A DNA stretch of 64,000 nt from Puccinia triticina (taxonomy: Eukaryota): assembly GCA_026914245.1 (NCBI GenBank), contig CP110440.1, positions 1,488,001 to 1,552,000 on the forward strand, written 5' to 3'. Positions 1-12,220 of the stretch are shown here, piece after piece (positions within the stretch are counted from its first letter, which is position 1; every line of letters starts with the position of its first letter). The translations under genes and the position numbers were made by a program. The notes beneath the pieces were generated by a model that was not told the DNA's origin, made no database searches, and saw nothing but the letters and a program-made list of their open reading frames with translations.

Positions 1-17
1 GCATTCAAATTGTCAAA

Positions 18-3000
18 TTGGAAAAACGTACTCTTGATGAACATCTTCTAGCGGAGTACCTCGTCAATCTTCTTCCTCCCAAGCTCGAGAGTACTAAAGA
101 TATTCTCTTAAATAAGAGTCCAATCGATATCAACACAGTTAAACAATATCTCAACTCTAAATCTTTAAGTTTGAGTAACGTCAACACTTCTACTGACTCG
201 GATTCAGTTACCATTAAATCTGAAGCTGCTTTAAAAACTGGAACCATCAACTGTCAGGACGGGTGTCACAATGAGAATGCTTGACACTCAAAAGCGAATT
301 GCTATAAGCTTTATCCCAACAAGGCGCCAGAAGCTTACAAAAAGCGTCAACTCTTGGCGAAAGCAAAGAAAGCTAACGCTGTAACCTCCGAAGACATTAG
401 TGGTGTTTATGTTTGTGTATCGGATCCGCAAGCATTGGCAGTCGTTCAAAACAACGTGTTGATCTTTCTCGACAGCTGTTGCTCAGATCATATGTTTTCC
501 GATCGTCGATATTTTTCCGAATATGAAAGCTTCGATTCAACGGTCAATGTAGCTAGTGGTCAATCTTTGCCGGTCAAAGGTCGCGGTTTAATCAAAATCA
601 AAAGCGACAACGGCAAACTTTTTACGGTAAAAGCTTTACACGTACCCGGTTTGACTCATGCTCTTTTGAGTCTTGCTCGACTCTCCGGCAGCAACTGCGA
701 TTTGATTCGTCGTGACGGTTCAAAATACTTTGTCAAGGATTCTGTGAAGAACGTCATTCTCTTTGATGCGCAGATTCAAAGCAACATCTTTGTCTTTCAA
801 GTGGCTGCTATTCAGCCATCAAGTTCCACGACTGTATCATTGCTCGTGGTGCAAGGTTCGTCTACATCTTTGAATTCTCTAGCCGAACAAAGCATTGATC
901 CTCGATTGCTTCATAGGCGAGCGGGACACCCTAGCCGAGAAGCACTAGCTAAAATGTTTAACTGTAGCTACTCCACCATAGACTGTGAAGCGTGTAGTTT
1001 ATCAAAATCACATCGACAACCATTTTCTGGTAGTCTCCCAAAACCAACCTGTATTCTAGACTATGTATACATGGATCTTAGCGGGAAAATTACTCCCTCG
1101 ACTGTTGGCAAAGCATCTTATTACTTCAAAATTACGGACTCCTTCTCAGCGTACAAACATGTTTTTATCTTAACTCACAAAAATCAAGCACTTGAAAAAT
1201 TTAAGGAATATGTAAATGAAGTAACTACTTTTCATTCACGAAATCTCATCAATCTGGTCACCGATGGTGGGGGCGAGTTTTGCTCAGGAGAATTTGACAC
1301 CTACTTGAAGGATCAAGGCATCATTCACCACATCACGGCACCTTATACGCCGCAGCAGAATTCAATTGCTGAGCGTGGAAATCGGACGACAAGCGAGAAA
1401 GCGCGAGCACTTCTTAAGCAAGCAAATCTTCCGACAAATCTTTGGGGAGAGGCTGTTAGCACAGCAATTTTCTATGAGAATATCACTCCAACTAAGAAGA
1501 TCGGCTGGAAATCTCCTCATGAAGTGTGGTTCGGACACATTTTTAACCTAGGTCGGCTTCGTGTGTTTGGCTGCCAAGCATTCATTAACATTCCTAAAGA
1601 GCGAAGGAAGGGAAAATTCGGTGATACTTCGAGAGCAGGGGTTTTACTAGGGTATAGGCTGGGTATTCCTAACTGGAGAATACTTACGACAGACTCCCGG
1701 GTTGAGTACAGTCATGACGTCATCTTTGATGAGTCATGTTTTCCAGGAATCTCCCCGGAAGATCTTGCCTATCCTGAATTACAAGAAAGTTTGGATGAGC
1801 TTCAAGACTCATATGACGTCAATCATCTTGTTTCGCCTTATAATCACCAACTGACGTCATCAGATAACTCAATGACGTCATCTGAAGCGCCTCTTGTCTC
1901 GCAAGATCAAGATTCGGCAGTGATATCCCCTTCCACTCTTGTTCCTTCCGCTTCCACAACTATCCCTCATCCACCACCTTCTTTGTCTCCGTCGACAAAT
2001 CTTCCCCAACCCCCTTCAAATTCAAAAGTTTCAACGGGTGCAAAACCCAGTTGGCATTACGTTCCTGCGGATCAGCCGGCTCCGAAAAATATTTCCTTGG
2101 ATCCAACTGACCCGGCCAATATTCTGACGACAAAGCGACGAGCTCATCTGGTCAACAGACAGCTCACCACTGAGCCTTGGTTTGTGCCGTTCTTCAACCA
2201 AAGCTTGTGTTTTTTGTCTATAGCGGAGGCTAACTTGGTACCTAAAACGTACAAAGCCGCGATAAACTCGACTGAAGCTCAGAACTGGCTGGACGCTATC
2301 TCCGTCGAACTTAGGGCAATGGATCGCTTGAACGTTTGGGAAATTGTTCCGATTCCGTCCGATCATGTTCTACTTGGCACAGTGTGGGTGTTTTGCATCA
2401 AAACCAACGCGGCAGGTCAATTTGTTAAATTCAAGGCGAGACTTTGTGCGCAAGGCAGTGCGCAACAAGACGTTATCGATTACAACGAAACTCTTGCTCC
2501 GACTGGTCGCCTTCCGGCTCTTCGGTCGGTTTTGGCGTATGGCATGAACAACGGCATGGACATCCATCAGATGGACGTCAAGAACGCATTCTTAAACGGC
2601 ACATTGGACGAAACTGTATTTCTTCGAATTCCTCAAGGTTTAGAAGCACCTCCAGGGACCTGTCTTCGCCTTATAAAATCGATTTACGGTTTGAAGCAAG
2701 CCCCTTGGGTTTGGTATTGAGAACTTTCGGCATTTTTCGAATCAGTCAATTTTTTCCCTTCCCCAAACGATCCATGCTTGTTCAGATCGGCTGATCCAGA
2801 CTGGGTCTGTATGGTGCATGTTTACGTGGACGATCTTGTTGTTGTCTCTGAGGATGTGGCGCGTTTCAAAAACTTCATTAACAGCAAATTCTTAATGGAA
2901 GACTTAGGCCCCATTAATTCTTTGCTTGGCATGAAGATTTCTCGGGCAGACGATCATCTGGAGCTATCTCAAGAAAATTACATTTCCGAAATTCTTTCCG

Positions 3001-3784
3001 AATTTGACATGACAAACTGTCGTCCGGTTCTAACCCCGATGGTGCCAAATATCACATTGGTTCGTGCAACTCCTGAAGAAATCAAAGTTTTCAAAAAGCT
3101 CAACATCAGCTATCGGCGAGCGGTCGGTTTAGTTAACTGGGCTGCAGTTGCTACCAGGCCCGATATCACCTTTGCTGTATCTCAGCTCTCTCAACACTTA
3201 AGAACCCCGGCATTGTTCACTGGCGTGCTTTCTTACACTTGCTTCGATATCTCTCCAAAACCATTGACTTCTCTCTTAACATCGGCGGTAATGAAAATCG
3301 AGTTGCGATTTATGTTGACTCCGATTATGCGAACTGTCCTGATACTCGTCGTTCTTATTCCGCCTACCTCGTCCGCTGGGGTAATTCAATTATTTCCTGG
3401 CAAGCTAAAAAGCAACCATCGGTGGCTTCTTCAACAACTGAAGCCGAGTACAAATCTTTGTACGACAGTGTCCAAGAAGCAATCTCGATGCGCACGCTTC
3501 TCACTTCCCTCGACCTACCAATTTATCCAATCCCTATATTTTGCGACAACCAAGGCGCCATTGCTTTGGCGAGAAATCCTTTGTTTCAACAGCGCTCTAA
3601 ACACATTGACGTTAAATTCCACTTCATTCACAAGGCTGTCGACAATAACTTAGTTGAAATCAATTACATCTCAACAAATGAAAATCAATCAGACGGGTTC
3701 ACCAAATCCCTGTCTAATTGTTGTCATCAAATGTTCCTTTGCTACCTCGGATATCAACTTCGTGACTTCAAAGCTGAAAACTGA
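18..3784 (+). pseudogene. copia gag-pol polyprotein, disrupted
   Basis: ORFs 18-284, 354-2720 and 2778-3653 share one frame, separated by TGA stops at 282 and 2718; frameshift near 3200 into ORF 3239-3784. Confidence 0.93.
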
Positions 3785-3797
3785 AAATGAGGGGGGG

Positions 3798-4400
3798 TAT
3801 TGAACTTACAGTAGTCGTCCGGGGTCCTTTCCATTTTTACGCTTTGTTACTCTTACCAGTTGTGCCGCAGTTGTTCCAAAACCTAGTTGATCCTTTAAAT
3901 GTCCGCTCCAATTATGTATCGGCTCTTTTCCTTAATCAACTCATAGTTCTCAACAGCTACAACACTAACACTCATTGCTACGATCAGGTCTGTTACTCAT
4001 TAGGATATCTCACTTCATTGTATCCCTTTTCTTAACAACTCTTCTCATTGTTTAGGTTAGTGTGTCGTCGGTGCTCAAGTCGTATCAAGTGTAGATACTT
4101 ATATCGCTACCTTCTAAAAGGTGTGTAAGAGTAATGCAAATCAACTCATAGTTCTCAACAGCTACAACACTAACACTCATCGCTACGATCAGGTTAGTGT
4201 GTCGTCGGTGCTCAAGTCGTATCAAGTGTAGATACTTATATTGCTACCTTCTAAAAGGTTAGTGTGTCGTCGGTGCTCAAGTCGTATCAAGTGTAGATAC
4301 TTATATCGCTACCTTCTAAAAGGTTAGTGTGTCGTCGGTGCTCAAGTTGTATCAAGTGTAGATACTTATATTGCTACCTTCTAAAAGTCTGAGTTCATTA
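3798..4400 (+). repeat. copia 3' LTR containing four 65-bp tandem units
   Basis: Directly follows the PPT; inverted termini TATTGAACT...AGTTCATTA (TG...CA core 3801-4397); units at 4056-4120, 4193-4257, 4258-4322, 4323-4387. Confidence 0.85.
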
Positions 4401-4639
4401 ACTGGTAGAACACATCTTAAGCAATTTCCTGTTTTATATTTTAACCCTGGTTTCTGAGGGAATGAAAACCTTGAAGAAGGTTAAGATGATGCTGAGCGTT
4501 TTAGTTATAAATGCATGTGTTTTTATTGGTAAATCTTCAGAGCAAGTAATTTGACAAGCTTGATGTATAGATACAAGATACAAGTGCAGCAGAGATACAA
4601 ACATAGAATGGTAGAGTAAAATTGTTGAAGGCACGAGTG

Positions 4640-5438
4640 AGTCATGATACATAGTTGATGGTCCACTCATGCAGTCCTGGACAGCAGCATTGCAACCTGT
4701 TTGTGGTCGACTTCCTTGTCAGCAGTAGGGTGGGCCTGTTCATGCTAATGAGGCAACCAATCTTTCTTTCAGCAGAGGAAGATGTCTGGAAAAGAGGGTG
4801 GGTGCTGCTTACTGTGGACGAGTCCGCGCAAGCCTTCAACATGCTGCATGTTGCCTTCTCCAATGCAGCCAAAGAGCTGAATGATTCAAGTGCAAGGAAA
4901 ACATCATCAGCCGGGTAAAAAGGTAAGAAACGGACAACCGGATTGGAAAGTTGGGGCGAGATCGGATACTTACACATCTTTGGCTAGCACCCGGTCTTTG
5001 GGGCTGACAAGAGTCAATGTGCAGGCACCAACAGAAGCCTTGGAAAGGCTCTTCTCAGCAAATTGGCGAGCGGCACTAAGAACATTTAGAGTGTTGATTA
5101 GCTGTTTGCGGATCAAGGATGGAGCGCTGATGAACGATAAATAGAGTGAAGCATACATACCCAAGGCAATCCTGTGTCGAGAAACTGTGAGTCTCGCCGG
5201 TGTTGCTCTTGCAGGAGACTTGCTCGTCGTTAGCCCTGCGGAAGAGCAGGTCGGAGTCGAGCGAGATGGCGCGTTGGCTGATGCTGGTAGCCGAGTCGGC
5301 GGCCTTGGCGAAGAGCATGCCGTTGTAGAAGGGGCCCAAGAAGCTGTAGGCGGAGCAGCCGCCGTACAAGCCTGACATCCAGGGGCTGGGCCAACTGCCG
5401 ACCCCCATCAATGGCATTCCCCAGCCCATGTACGAGTA
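4640..5438 (-). pseudogene. 3' part of a small secreted-type (Gly/Met-rich, Cys-containing) protein gene
   Basis: Intron-split exons YSYMGWGMP...QDCL / SAARQFAEK...AKDV / AALEKATCSMLKAC; joins in frame to 11534-11670 once the 5439-11531 insertion is removed. 3' end approximate. Confidence 0.7.
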
Positions 5439-7895
5439 CACATCGGGACGATTGGGGCGCCCCCCGATCGTCCCTGCTGGCGCCACCGTGGCCCCGCAAG
5501 TGAATCGCGCCCACGTGGCGCGGTTACCCGGAATGCCGGCCCGGCGTCGGACATAGGCGCCCCGTAAACGCCCCCAGATGGGCGCCTCGGGGACGCCCAG
5601 GGGGGGGGTGGCGCCTCATCTGAGTCTGGGGTCAAAACGCCAGGCCCCTGGCGCCCTGCCTGGCGTCCTGCTCGCGGGGGCCATGGCGGTCATGAGGACT
5701 GCTCCCTGATGACATGCGATGGCCTTGTGGGGGTCATCAGGTCGCCTGGTGGGCTCTCAGCCCAACGCCTTCGGGGGGGATGGCATGCCGCATAGGCGAG
5801 CGAAATTTGCCGTCCCCTAGGTTGTCGGGCTGGGTGCTTGGCAGGCGCCGAGGGCTCCGGCTGGCTTGGCTCGTTGGTGACGACGGTGAGGACGCGTAGA
5901 GGTACGATCGCTTGCCCTCGGCTGGCGACTAGGTGGGCGACTAATTGTCCGCCGGGGAGCCGTCATCCGCACCCGCAGATGGGACGATGGGCAGGGCTCT
6001 CATGCCGCGGCTCGATGCACGCGGACCCTGAAACCCGCAGGCGATGGGAGAGGCGGGGCGAGGATAGCTCCGAGCGGCGGCTTGGCCACCAGCAGGGGTC
6101 CCATCACGCCTCATTGGGGTCTCACGGGGATGCTCAGGGGGCTCATAGGCCTCAGAGGGCTTTGGGGAAGTCATGGTGGGTAAGTTGGCTGGATGCCTGA
6201 ATTTCCTTGATCACTGTGTATGTAGTTACAAGGTGGAGGGGGGGGAGGAGGGAAACGGTGGAATAGGGGGCATATCGGGGGTAATCAGAGGTCTGGAGGG
6301 GAATCATGTCATCATTCCCAACTGGATCGTGACCTCGTCGTCGGTGGGGCAGGTGCAGTTGTCTCGATCGAGGTCCGCCAGGAGCGGGGACATGCCAAAA
6401 AGGAGATGGTCCTTCTGGACGACCAGGAGCGTCCACCTGCAACGTACATAGGGGTCAGCGGGGATTTGGGGGGATGCGGGACAGGGGGGCATGAGAGGCG
6501 ACTGACGCATTGTTCCAGTCTTCACTGCGCGGGCGGTTGGCTTGAAGTTGGCCATCGATCTGGTCCCAGTGGGAGATTGATTGTGCGGCCAGATCGAAGT
6601 GGTTGGCCATGGTGGCCAGCCGGATATAAGCGAAGCGGGCCTTCAGCTGAGGCGCTCGGGCCAAAGCCGCGTCTACTTGGCCGTCGGATAATCAAGCACT
6701 GGCGCCCATGAGGTACTTCCATAGGTCCCGAGCATACATACATGTCGAGGGTTGGAATGACCGGGAGGACATTGTGCGCATGACCGAGCACAACACCCGT
6801 AAGGGCATGGTTGCGGACTATGTGCCGAACATTCTTCACCTGCCTCCTCACCTCGGTGTGGACGTGGCTGAGCGCCAACCTATCTTCTTCAATGAATTGC
6901 GGGGGGAAGTTGGAAATCGGCGTACAGCTGTTGTGTCGGTGACAAGACGACGGGGTCATCTGGGAGCCCATCTGGTGCCTCGCAGGGACCCTCGCGGTCG
7001 GTGGGGTTCATATGTAGGAATGGGTTGAATGGGGGCTGAGGCGGGGCGGGGGATCCATTGTGCCGTGGTCTTTGGGCGGGGCGACGGGGCTCGTCTGGAG
7101 GGCAGATCGGTTGAGAAATGGAGGGGGGGGAGGGGGGAACATGCTCAGAAAGGGGGGGGGGGGGGGGGGGGGGGGTGGGGGTGGGGGGTAGCTGGCGCAG
7201 GGGCATGGGAGCAGCTTACCGTCTTTGTCTGCGGATCCGGACCGGCGGCGGCTTGAGGGAGTCGCGGTGGTGCCGTCAAAGGACATGCGGGGCAGGGGAA
7301 GGGTGAATCGGCTGGGGGACGGGAGGTTCGGCGGTTTGGAGCCTTGTGATGGCTGTTGGGGGAGCGTGGGATTTCTTGGCGGATCCGGTCGGCCATATGA
7401 GGGCGCGGGAGTCTTGCCCTAACTGCATGACTTGGGGGAGCAGACCTACACGGCAGTTGCACATCGCCGCCGAAGCGCCCAAAGTTCGGCCGTCAGTTTG
7501 ACGGACGCGCCCCAGCCATTCATGACCGTTCACATGCCGGCCTCCGGTCAACCGTCAAGCGGACCGCCGAACTTGGCGGCACCCCCGCCAATGCGCAATT
7601 GGGCAAGCGGCTGGCAAAAGTAAGGGTGGCTCGACCCCAGCGGCAATTTGCCGTCGAACCCGAGCCCCCCTACAAAATTGATCAGGGCCGTTTGCTCACT
7701 GTTCGACCACAATTGCCGGCTGATCACATCACCCCGAGCCCAAAACCACGCTCACTTCCAGATCCACTGCTGCTCACAGCTCTCCGATCCCTTTTGGCAG
7801 ACATACTCGGGTCAACTCACAAGACACGCTCACTTTGGTTTTACGGCCACCTGGGCACTTTTTTGTTTTTGTTTTTATTGAATTTTACAGTTTTT

Positions 7896-8212
7896 AATTG
7901 CGGCGGTAGACCTCGGTAAAAGCCGGTAAAGCCCTCATTTTTGAATACTTTCTTGACACAATCCATGCTGTTCTTGTAAAGAAGTTCTCCGACGATTTTA
8001 ATACGCTGGTTTTGCATACGAGTCTTCACGAGGTCGATTGGATACACAGTCGTGGCTCCTACTTATACAGACAATGAGTTTTATAAGACGTCAGAAATGT
8101 ACAGCCGGTAAGGGAGCGTGCAAGATTAGCCGTCGATCTAATGGTTTCGGCCAATACGACGCTGTTGGAATGTAGCTTACAGGCACCAGCAATCCCACCC
8201 AGTCCAAAGTTT
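7896..8212 (-). pseudogene. captured fragment of mitochondrial aspartate/glutamate carrier (AGC1/citrin-like)
   Basis: NFGLGGIAGA-[GTAAGC...AG intron][20 protein letters not shown]...[28 protein letters not shown]; carrier signature PxDxxKxR. Confidence 0.9.
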
Positions 8213-9249
8213 TAAATTGATTTGCCTAATCCGTGCCAGAAGTTACCGTCATTCAAGTCATCCGTAGTCTGACCTTCGAGGGTTGTTTGGCGTTCCCACA
8301 TTGGATCCAAGAGCATGCCGAAGTCAGCGAGCCCAAGACGCGCATTCAATTCGCCCATGCCAGCAAAATGAAAGACAATATGGAGCTCGAGTCAGCCATG
8401 AGCTCATCAAGGCGGGTGATCAAAGATGGCCGGCAAGACGGCAAGAGGAAAGACCCCAAGATGGCTTACAGGGAACCTTGACAGGCTGACTCGGGCCGAT
8501 GGAGCCGAGCAAGGTGCGGAGCTCGATGGAGGATGCGATGTGGAGGTGGGCGTGCTGTGGATGGGGTGTGGGCCGGGCAAGGAGGAGGCAGGCACAGAGG
8601 GACACGTATGTGGGTTGGTGAGGGTGGGGGAGATGGAGGGTGGCGGTGATCTGATGAGCGGACTTAGAAAAAATGAGGCGGGTGGATGGGTGAGGGCCGA
8701 GGGTGACGTGTCCCTCTGATGGGCGGACTTTGTCTTGGCCCCCTCTGCCCTTTTTTTTGGGGGTTACATAGCAAACGGGAGGAGTTGTCAAAGTGTTGCT
8801 TGCCCATCGTTGCCGATCTGCAGGCCGTTAGTGAATGTCGACTGCATGTTGACGCTGTGGCCGGCGGCGGATCGTTGGTCAGGTAATTTTGCCGGCCATT
8901 CGACTGGGGTAAAGTTACGGGTTACTTACCTGACTGCAAAATCCGGCGGGTTGGTTGGTAGTTTGGTGGTCATTTTGCCGGCTGACCGGAGGCCGACAGG
9001 TGGGCGGTCAATCAGGCGGGTGTTTTGTCTTTGACGGCAGTTTTGACGGGCAAAACCTTAATCCGTGCAACTGCCGTGTAGCCACCATGCTGCGGCTGGG
9101 GTAGGTTGTCCCCGCGCCTGGGCGGCCTGTGGGCGGCCTGGGGCGCGCGGTCGCGCCCGCGAGGCCCTGCCAGAGCGGGCAGGCCCCGGGGTTGTGGGGC
9201 CCGGCCCGGCCAGCGGGCGGGCCCCAGGACTCGCACAAGTTCAGAGGCC

Positions 9250-10802
9250 CACTTCCCCTGACAAGTCCCCTGATTGATCACACCACGTAGGATGGTATGA
9301 CAGCGACCCCAGATTTGCACAAGGACCGGAGTGTTGTGTACCCCGTCAAAATCTAAATTGGGATCCCACTGCATCAGTGAAACCAAAGGCATGATTAGAC
9401 ATGAGGCAAACAGAATTACCTTTCAGCCCTAAGATAGGACTACACATGCTTGTAGACTTTTCTGCTTCCAATTGCTTCATCTTCTCTTTGACCGCTGAAA
9501 ATGGAGGCCAAAAGGCAGTTCAATCTTGAGGATATCAGTCTGAATATTATCCACTGTGAGGAATCCCACACCATCCCTTGCAACATCCCAGCACCTAGCA
9601 TGTAAGACCCCGGCTTGAGTAAAGAAAAAAATTGGGATTACCAGCTGTTTTGATTGCAGCTCCACTGGCTCAAATATGTAGAAATCCTTATCTTTGAATC
9701 GGCACATTTGAGGCCTGTGATCTTGGGACATGCCAGTCAGCCACTTCCCAGATTGGGAGAACTTGGTTATTATCAATCCATCTGTTGACTCTGGATAATA
9801 CTCCATATGTCTGGCCACTAGTGGATTGGCCAATTCCTGAGAAGAGCCAACTTTTTATCAGACAAATGTTTGTACCAAATCTACCATGAATGTAGGTTGA
9901 TATATCACATACCTGGCTGATGATTTTCTGGCTACTCAGTGCGTAGCATGGAGTATCAAAAACTGAAACATATGATTGAACCTTGTTCCCGAGTAAATCA
10001 CAAATCCTCTTGCGTGACTCCCGGACAGCAGCCCATCGCAGTAGTTTGAGTCCACACACCTCCCAGAGTGCACTGATACGTTTGTAGAGCGATCTTGACA
10101 GCATTGAGCGTGTATGGCCAATTAAGAGGGAAGCCACCAGGTCCTGAATCCCATTGTGATGTAGTTAGTATGATAAGAGACGGAGCTAGTATGATAAGAA
10201 GGGAGCCCATGGTACACCTGAGACACACTGACCAGCTTGCTCTTGAATGGAAACCACGAACTCATGTTGACCTTGTTGGACCTCTTATCGGTGCGCACTA
10301 TCGGCCGCTCATCATCCGGGATGTGATTGCCCTTGTGAGCCGCAATCAGCAAGAGGTCCTTCTCAAGAGAGCTGCGCGGGTCTTGGACAAGTTGTGCTTG
10401 ATTGGTGTTCGCCTCCAAGCGCTTTTGGGCATGGCTCGCGGTCAGGCCCGCAATCAAACCGTCGACCCCAGGCGCTGAGACGGGGGTTTGCTCGATGAGA
10501 TCAGTGCACTCCAGTGCACCAAGATGATCCGGGTGTGCATAGGTATCTTCCTGCGCGCGCGGTGCCGGCGCGGCGGCGATGGGGATGGGTGATCTTGCCC
10601 TGCTCATAGCTTGGTGTTGCTCAACATTCTGTTTATGTACATTGGTGCGGATATGGCGGCGCCAGTCCTTTGTCCCCCTCGCCAAACTGCATACCTTGCA
10701 GTAATAGGTACCTTCCTCGTAGGTGAACTCTAAAGGAGGGGGACAAAAAGATAAATTCAGCGCAATTTCTGTCAAGATCCCGCAGAGCGGGGGGCGTTGC
10801 AT
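9250..10802 (-). pseudogene. truncated, intron-split transposase-like gene of the CACA element
   Basis: N-terminal C2H2-like motif (CKVC...HIRTNVH), WFPF, and ANPLVARHMEYYPE...SQSGKWL...PQM...FYIFEP blocks resembling basidiomycete EnSpm-like transposases; catalytic C-terminus not seen. Confidence 0.6.
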
Positions 10803-11533
10803 GCAAACCTACCGTCGCGGGGATCCATGGCCTTTGCGTGGTCGAAAGTCGAGTTTGCGTGAACGTTCGGACGGGACGGCGTGAACCTTAGGACGTGCTG
10901 GAATGGTGGAATGTTGTGCTGGTTGGTAAGACTTGCGGGCGGGAATCGTGGTGACCGACCCAAGTGCGGTCTTGGGGGCGGGGCAGGGGTGTGACCCGAC
11001 CCAGTGTTGTGCATGTTGCACGTTTGAGGGCCCCTTCATCTGAAACGATGACGGGTGGGCTGGTGGGAGGGGCATACATATGAGGAGATCATGCCGATCC
11101 AGCATCATGTCGCCCCTCGTCCGGCCCGAAGGCGCCCCCCCACGAGCACCCCGGCCTCACGCCACCTCGAGGCGCCCAATCGGCGAACCAGGCGGGCGGG
11201 CAACATGCCAACGCCTGCTGGCCATAGGTCCCCCCCGGCGCCCGGATGACCTGTGCCAAAGGGAGGCGACCCCGGCTCGCGCCACAGCCTGACGCCTGTT
11301 CAACCGTGACGCATGGCTGGCGATCCGCTGAGGCGCCCAGCTCACGCCTGCATCGGGACCAGCCAGGCTCGCGCTCGTCCTGACGCCTCCTAGGCTCGGG
11401 CGGACCGAGGTGTATCACGGTGGCGCCAGCGTGACTCCTCGTCACGCTGGCGTCCTGTAACGCCCACCTGGCGCATGTATGACTCCTGCGTCAGGTGGGC
11501 GCAGGGGGTCTTCCCGATTCGCCCGGGTGTGTA

Positions 11534-11670
11534 GGGTGACAGGCCGAAGCCAAGCCCCCCGAGCCACTTCGATTCAACATTGTCAGACTTCTACCCGCCG
11601 GTGACCTCCTCGGCGCGAGTGACCGCAGCAAGGACCACGGCGTATTGGATGATGAAATGAACCCGTTGGG
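11534..11670 (-). pseudogene. 5' part (signal-peptide region) of the secreted-type protein gene
   Basis: Reads FIIQYAVVLAAVTRA-EEVTGG*KSDNVESKWLGGLGFGLSP; in-frame TAG at 11591-11593; no intact ATG seen. Confidence 0.7.
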
Positions 11671-11759
11671 GGGTTTCAATAGCTTTTGGGCTGCGGATAA
11701 GGAAGCGAGAGGGATGATCAGCAGAAGGTTCAGGATCGACAGAGAGAAAAAAGAGCGGA

Positions 11760-12220
11760 CCTTTGTCGTCTGCGGATGACTTCGATGACTTTCTCGACCT
11801 GGCCGAGGACGGAGTTCTTGGGGGCCAAGCGGGTACCGTCGACGAAGGAGAAGATGTCAGGGAGGTGAGGTTGGTGGTGGTGGAAGTGGAACTGGTCCTG
11901 GAAGTTAAAGGAGGCGATGGTCTGATGGTTGGCTTGGTGGTGGGGGTAGTCGGCCGAGGGGGCGTGGTTGGAGGGGTCGGAGATCAGGCTGGGTCTGTTG
12001 ATCAGGCCGATCTTGAGCATGCAGCAGCAGGCCACCAAGCCGGCCCTGCCTACTCCGCCCCTACAGTGGCAGAGGACGTCAATGCCTTGGGCGGTGTAGG
12101 ACTGGATGACCTGGTCGAGCACCTCGTTGACCTCCTTGATCCCCTTCTGGGGCGCAAACCCCTCGGCGATTGGGATCCGGATGACCGCCAGGCCGCACTC
12201 GAGCAAGATGCGCAAGTAGT
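11760..12220 (-). pseudogene. fragment of a PTP/dual-specificity phosphatase gene (Helitron cargo)
   Basis: CX5R motif VLCHCRGGVGRAGLVAC in ORF 11730-12404; lacks native N- and C-termini. Confidence 0.85.

Larger units (their letters stand above)
1..4400 (+). mobile_element. Ty1/copia LTR retrotransposon (5' part outside window), degenerate
   Basis: Protease (FLDSCCSDHM), GAG-pre-integrase (LHRRAGH, CEAC), integrase (TDGGGEF, PQQNSIAER), RT (QMDVKNAFL, YGLKQA, YVDD) and RNase H (DSDYA, TEAEY, CDNQGA, KHID) in copia order; polypurine tract GAGGGGGGG 3789-3797 precedes the LTR. Confidence 0.97.
5439..11531 (-). mobile_element. CACA-terminal TIR DNA transposon (CMC/EnSpm-like), degenerate and composite
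   Basis: Imperfect TIRs CACATCGGGACGATTGGGG / CACACCCGGGCGAATCGGG (14/19), TA duplication at 5437-5438 and 11532-11533, GC-rich subterminal regions; removal restores the host frame (...GLSP-Y-SYMG). Superfamily assignment is inferred. Confidence 0.8.

Noticed and set aside
4056..4387. CRISPR-like array
   Set aside because: Head-to-tail 65-bp units with no unique spacers, inside a eukaryotic LTR; no cas genes.
5440..9240. Numerous overlapping short ORFs
   Set aside because: Expected from GC-rich transposon sequence; only a decayed minus-strand accessory ORF (~6150-7290) is plausible and cannot be named.
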